From: an uncultured virus (IMG/VR IMGVR_UViG_3300037313_002214) | Lineage: Duplodnaviria > Heunggongvirae > Uroviricota > Caudoviricetes | Length of the DNA stretch: 20,000 nucleotides | Reading direction: 5' to 3' (one strand) | Virus record (IMG/VR): IMGVR_UViG_3300037313_002214 | Part shown: piece by piece, positions 16,379 to 20,000 of the stretch | Layout: every line of letters begins with the position of its first letter | Position numbering within the stretch: position 1 is the stretch's first letter | The notes under the pieces: model-generated | Seen by the model: only the letters and a program-made list of their open reading frames with translations | Database searches by the model: none | What the model was told of the DNA's origin: nothing | Program-made: the position numbers and the translations under genes

Positions 16379-16871
16379 CCTCTCGACCCTTCGCCGGATG
16401 GCGGAGTCGGCGCCGTCCGTCACCGTCGACTCGGAGACGATTCTTCGCCTCCTGGATGCCGCAGAGAGCGTCAACGTGAAGATCGTGCCAAAGAAGGAAA
16501 AGCGCGAGCAGAAGCCGGGTAGCGAGGAGGACGAGCGCTGCGCGCGCTGGATGTACGACGTTCTGCTGAGCGTAGACGCAACTGCTAGAAAGCCAAACTT
16601 TGCAACCTGGGCGCGCGACGTCCGGGTGATGCGAGAGATCGACGACCGCACACATAAGGAGATCGGTGGACTGTTTCGCTGGGCGTTACACGATTCGTTT
16701 TGGTGCCAGAACATTCAGTGCCCGCGGGCGCTTCGTAAAAACTGGGGTGCGCTCGTGATGAAGCGTCGTCAGGCCGAGGCGTCCAAGCAGCCGGCGCAAC
16801 TGGGAAAGCAGGGGCAGACCACGGCCCAAAACGCTCAACGCTGGCTGGAGGAGAGCGGACATGCAGCCTAA
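16371..16871 (+). CDS. Replication protein O-like, C-terminal domain only
   Basis: KPNFATWARDVRVMREIDDRTHKEI..LF.WA..DSFW..NI..P..LR..W..L matches the lambdoid O C-terminal domain. Confidence 0.75.
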   Translation: MCDLSTLRRMAESAPSVTVDSETILRLLDAAESVNVKIVPKKEKREQKPGSEEDERCARWMYDVLLSVDATARKPNFATWARDVRVMREIDDRTHKEIGGLFRWALHDSFWCQNIQCPRALRKNWGALVMKRRQAEASKQPAQLGKQGQTTAQNAQRWLEESGHAA

Positions 16872-17499
16872 TGATCGCAAAAACTTTGTGACGCTCATCA
16901 CTGGAATTGCGGATTACTACAGCAAGGAACTGTCGATCACGAGCATCGGCCTGTACTGGGAAGGCCTGAAGCAATACGACTACGCCGCGATCGAGCGCGC
17001 GCTTTGGCAGCACACGCAGAACCCTGACAGCGGCCAGTTCATGCCCAAGATCGCCGACGTCACGAAGGTGCTGCAGGGCCGGACCGAGGATCAGGCGCAG
17101 TTGGCATGGTCGAAGGTCGACGGTGCCGTGCGTCGGATCGGAATCTGGGCCGACGTCGCCTTCGACGATCCAGTCATCCACCGCGTGCTGCACGACATGG
17201 GCGGCTGGGTGCGCATCAATTCGTACGAGGATGAGAACTGGCCCTTCGTGGCGAAGGAGTTCATCACGCGTTACCGCGGCTTCAGGATATCGGGCCAAGT
17301 GCCGGAATACCCGAAATATCTGCTTGGCACGGCCAGCACGCACAACACTGCGAAGCAACTCGCGAAGCCGTGCGTCCGGCTCGTCGGCAATCAGGCGGCG
17401 GCGCTACAGGTAATCAACTGCGGTCGACCGCTCGGGGCGCTACTGGATAGCCCCGCGCCGGCGACCGGCCAGGCATTGGCGTTGGCAGGTGTCGCATGA
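16861..17499 (+). CDS. DUF6475-like protein (position of helicase loader/P)
   Basis: GQFMPKIAD...AWSKV..AV..IG....V.FDDPVIH....MGGW...F...Y pattern; follows the O-like gene. Confidence 0.75.
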   Translation: MQPNDRKNFVTLITGIADYYSKELSITSIGLYWEGLKQYDYAAIERALWQHTQNPDSGQFMPKIADVTKVLQGRTEDQAQLAWSKVDGAVRRIGIWADVAFDDPVIHRVLHDMGGWVRINSYEDENWPFVAKEFITRYRGFRISGQVPEYPKYLLGTASTHNTAKQLAKPCVRLVGNQAAALQVINCGRPLGALLDSPAPATGQALALAGVA

Positions 17500-17774
17500 C
17501 CGTTATACCAAACGACAACTGCGCCCGCTGCAAGCACTTCAAGATGAAGGAGTACCCAGACCATGCGCGAGTGGGGCTAGGGCGGTGCACGGGGTACGAC
17601 AACGCCCAGCCCTTGATCAACCCGTTCGTGCCGTGGTCCTCCAAGCCGTGTGCTCGATTCTTCAGGGCGGAAGATGTGGTGATTCGGCAGGAGTGGATCG
17701 AGCGGCAGCTGGCGAAGCGAGAAAAGCAGTCAACATCAACCGAAGCCGAGATTCCGGCATCGACAACTACCTGA
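17496..17774 (+). CDS. Small Cys-rich hypothetical protein
   Basis: CARCKHF...GRC...PCARF; ATGA coupling. Confidence 0.7.
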   Translation: MTVIPNDNCARCKHFKMKEYPDHARVGLGRCTGYDNAQPLINPFVPWSSKPCARFFRAEDVVIRQEWIERQLAKREKQSTSTEAEIPASTTT

Positions 17775-17783
17775 AAGGCAGAC

Positions 17784-18161
17784 ATGGAATTGAACGACGT
17801 TATGCAGCGGATGGAGGCGGCAGAGGCCCCGGAAAAGGTCCAACTGGAACGCATTGGCGCATCGATTGGTTATGGCCGCGCGATCCAGTTGCTGGGACAA
17901 CTGTGGGACGACATGCTGCAGCGTGAGTATCCGCACGTCGGCCGTCATCAAGAAAACTCGCGCCGCCGCACGGACATCGAACGTATCGAGGCCGGTCTGC
18001 CGATCGGTCGGAAGGTTGTCTACGTACCGAAGCGCGGCCGCAAAGGTGTGTTCCAGATCACGACATGGACTGACCTTGACAGCGACATTCCGAACGTCGG
18101 CCGGATCATTTCGGACACGCCGCTCTATGGTCGCAAGCCCGTCAGCACGAGCGAGGAATAA
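17784..18161 (+). CDS. Hypothetical phage protein
   Basis: ORF in operon with AAGG RBS. Confidence 0.65.
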   Translation: MELNDVMQRMEAAEAPEKVQLERIGASIGYGRAIQLLGQLWDDMLQREYPHVGRHQENSRRRTDIERIEAGLPIGRKVVYVPKRGRKGVFQITTWTDLDSDIPNVGRIISDTPLYGRKPVSTSEE

Positions 18162-18215
18162 CGCGCCATCCCGCCCGTCCGCCGGGCGGCAACAAAGACG
18201 ACACGAAAGGATGAC

Positions 18216-18689
18216 ATGGAAGACTCGCACGAAATGCTGACGTTCCACACGCTGGAAGGCGCGAAGCCGAGCAACCCGAAGGACATGGTAGGCATGCGCA
18301 AGGCGCCGATGTCGACGGTCCCCGCCAACGTCCTAGCCGAAGTCGGCGTGGCGATGCTCGAAGGGGCCAGCAAGTATGGCCGACACAACTATAGGGCTGT
18401 CGGTGTACGTGGCTCGGTCTACTACGACGGCACGATGCGCCACCTGATGGACTGGTGGGAAGGTGAGGACATCGATCCGGATTCCGGAATGTCGCACATC
18501 ACGAAGGCGATCACTTCGCTCGTGGTCCTGCGGGACGCCATGATCCAAGGGAAGTTCACGGACGACCGACCGCCGCGCTCCAAGCCGTTCTACCCGAGCC
18601 TGAACGCTTGCGCGGCCGACATCGTCGACCGCTACGCTGACCGCAATCCGACGCACTACACGATCACGTTTGCGGGGCTCGACCAATGA
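18216..18689 (+). CDS. dATP/dGTP diphosphohydrolase-domain protein (DUF5664-like)
   Basis: KAPMSTVP...GASKYGRHNY...YY....RHL..WW.GED.DPDSG..H...A......DDRP signature. Confidence 0.85.
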   Translation: MEDSHEMLTFHTLEGAKPSNPKDMVGMRKAPMSTVPANVLAEVGVAMLEGASKYGRHNYRAVGVRGSVYYDGTMRHLMDWWEGEDIDPDSGMSHITKAITSLVVLRDAMIQGKFTDDRPPRSKPFYPSLNACAADIVDRYADRNPTHYTITFAGLDQ

Positions 18690-18940
18690 CACAAAGCCGA
18701 CTCGAATCCCTGATCGAAGCTGTCATCAACACGTGCATCGGGTTCTCGATCAACTATTTCGCGAACCTGCTGATCTTCCCGATGTTTGGGTTTCACATCA
18801 GCCCTGGCGCCAACTTCATCATGGGCCTGATCTATACAGTCATCAGCGTGGCGCGTTCGTACTGTATCCGACGCTGGTTCAACGCGCGCTTACATAGCTT
18901 GGCAGCCGTGGTGGCGACGACGATCGAGGTTCGCCAATGA
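18686..18940 (+). CDS. Small two-TM phage membrane protein
   Basis: QSRLESLIEAVINTCIGF...ISVARSYCIRRWFN; two hydrophobic segments. Confidence 0.8.
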   Translation: MTQSRLESLIEAVINTCIGFSINYFANLLIFPMFGFHISPGANFIMGLIYTVISVARSYCIRRWFNARLHSLAAVVATTIEVRQ

Positions 18941-19293
18941 AGCGAGGGCTGCAAGCGCTGGGCCGACTCAAGGCCGGCACCATGAACAAGACGGAGGCGG
19001 CATATGCCGCGACCCTGGAGCAGCGCCGCACCGCTGGCGAGGTGGCGTGGTTCAAGTTCGAGGGTATCAAGTTACGCCTTGCGGATAACACTTTCTATAC
19101 TCCAGATTTTGCCGTCATGTTGGTCGACGGGGCGCTAGAAATGCATGAGGTCAAAGGTTACATGCAAGAGGATGCAAATGTGAAGATTAAGGTGGCAGCG
19201 GATTTGTACCCAATGCGGTTCTTCGTTATTCGGGTTCAGCCGAAAAAAGACGGTGGCGGATGGCGAGTAGACGAGGTCGGAAATGCCGCTTAA
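18937..19293 (+). CDS. PD-(D/E)XK endonuclease, DUF1064-like (candidate resolvase)
   Basis: MNKTEAAY...FEGIKLRL...YTPDF...HEVKG. Confidence 0.82.
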   Translation: MKRGLQALGRLKAGTMNKTEAAYAATLEQRRTAGEVAWFKFEGIKLRLADNTFYTPDFAVMLVDGALEMHEVKGYMQEDANVKIKVAADLYPMRFFVIRVQPKKDGGGWRVDEVGNAA

Positions 19294-19906
19294 CGCAGCC
19301 GGGTTAGATGTATCCGGTGCAAAGAACCCAAAATGGAAGGGCGGGTTGATAGCGAAGAGTTGCGAGATCTGTGGGAAACACTATCAAGTAAAGCCAGTGC
19401 ACAGTGCGTCCCGCTTCTGCTCCTTGCAATGCGTAGGACTATCGCAGCGCGGTAAGTGCAATAAGCAGGTCGAAAAGTTGAAGCGCGTTGAGCTGGAGTG
19501 CGAGGTTTGCGGGGTCTTCTGTTGGATTCCTGCTTCGCACGTCGGTCGATACCACTGTTGCTCCAAAAAGTGTTCCTACGTTAGGCGCTCCAGACTTACT
19601 AAAGGCAGTGGCAACCCAAGTTGGGCAGGAGGCGTTTCCAGGCTCCCCTACCCGTGGAATTTCAGGAATATTAGCCGAGCCATCATTAAACGAGATGGTG
19701 AGCGATGCTGGAACCCGGCATGTTCGGGAGCTGACCGGAGGTTGACAACGCATCACATCAACTACGAGAAGAGCGATTGTCGTCCCATCAATCTCATCTG
19801 CTTGTGCTCGGCATGTAACTCAAAGGCGAATTTCGGGAGGGAGCGTTGGATGCAGTTCTATCAGAGCATCATGTTGAATCGCCACGACTATCGTAGACAC
19901 TCCTGA
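19283..19906 (+). CDS. HNH endonuclease with repeated Zn-finger modules, 3' end interrupted by IS
   Basis: NPKWKGG/NPSWAGG; two CxxC...CSxxC units; HHINY...NLICLCSACNSK HNH. Confidence 0.8.
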   Translation: MPLNAAGLDVSGAKNPKWKGGLIAKSCEICGKHYQVKPVHSASRFCSLQCVGLSQRGKCNKQVEKLKRVELECEVCGVFCWIPASHVGRYHCCSKKCSYVRRSRLTKGSGNPSWAGGVSRLPYPWNFRNISRAIIKRDGERCWNPACSGADRRLTTHHINYEKSDCRPINLICLCSACNSKANFGRERWMQFYQSIMLNRHDYRRHS

Positions 19907-20000
19907 GCCATAATGTTGGGCACAAGGAGAAGGTATGAGCGGAAAGCGGTACACAGAGGAATTCAAGATCGCGGCGGTCAAGCAGGTGGCGGAGCGCGGT
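19875..20000 (+). mobile_element. IS3-family insertion sequence, left end
   Basis: Begins TGAATCGCCACG..., an IS3-type 5'-TG terminus, 60 bp before an OrfA start. Confidence 0.8.
19935..20000 (+). CDS. IS3-family transposase OrfA, 5' part (MSGKRYTEEFKIAAVKQVAERG)
   Basis: KRYTEEFK..AV N-terminal motif; AAGGAG RBS. Confidence 0.85.
   Translation, partial: MSGKRYTEEFKIAAVKQVAERG

Larger units (their letters stand above)
1..20000. mobile_element. Lambdoid-type prophage, early/immunity/replication-nin region (partial)
   Basis: Divergent cI/cro pair with shared operators at PL and PR; CII-like gene; O-like gene; Rha/KilAC antirepressor; phage-type methyltransferases; tightly overlapped ATGA-coupled operon. 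Confidence 0.93.

Noticed and set aside
7814..16714. Long antisense ORFs (7814-9043, 11912-13219, 13289-14557, 15587-16714)
   Set aside because: Shadow frames of GC-rich genes with clear motifs on the + strand

Overview
Early and immunity region of a lambdoid-type temperate prophage. The host is probably a GC-rich betaproteobacterium, which I infer from gene style and a CTGT-N8-ACAG SOS box. From left to right the window holds the start of the leftward PL operon (1-426) with a PL promoter and two 14-bp operators (461-501), then a ~3.5 kb accessory block between PL and cI. That block contains a ~480-nt hairpin-dense non-coding region, a DUF5710-like ORF, an HNH nuclease, a second (S24-type, cleavable) repressor, a LexA-boxed promoter, an Arc-like regulator and a small ORF resembling the cI C-terminus. 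Next come a non-cleavable cI / cro switch with three matching operators (4568-4628) and a long rightward early operon: CII-like, C5 DNA methyltransferase, ASCH-like, DUF1364-like, SNF2-like helicase-methyltransferase fusion, Rha/KilAC antirepressor, an O-like protein lacking its N-terminal domain, DUF6475-like, dATP/dGTP diphosphohydrolase, PD-(D/E)XK nuclease and HNH. An IS3-family element starts at the right edge. The most notable items are the structured non-coding region upstream of DUF5710/HNH and the multi-layer two-repressor/LexA/Arc/candidate-antirepressor switch. Family assignments come from motif recognition by eye, not from database searches.
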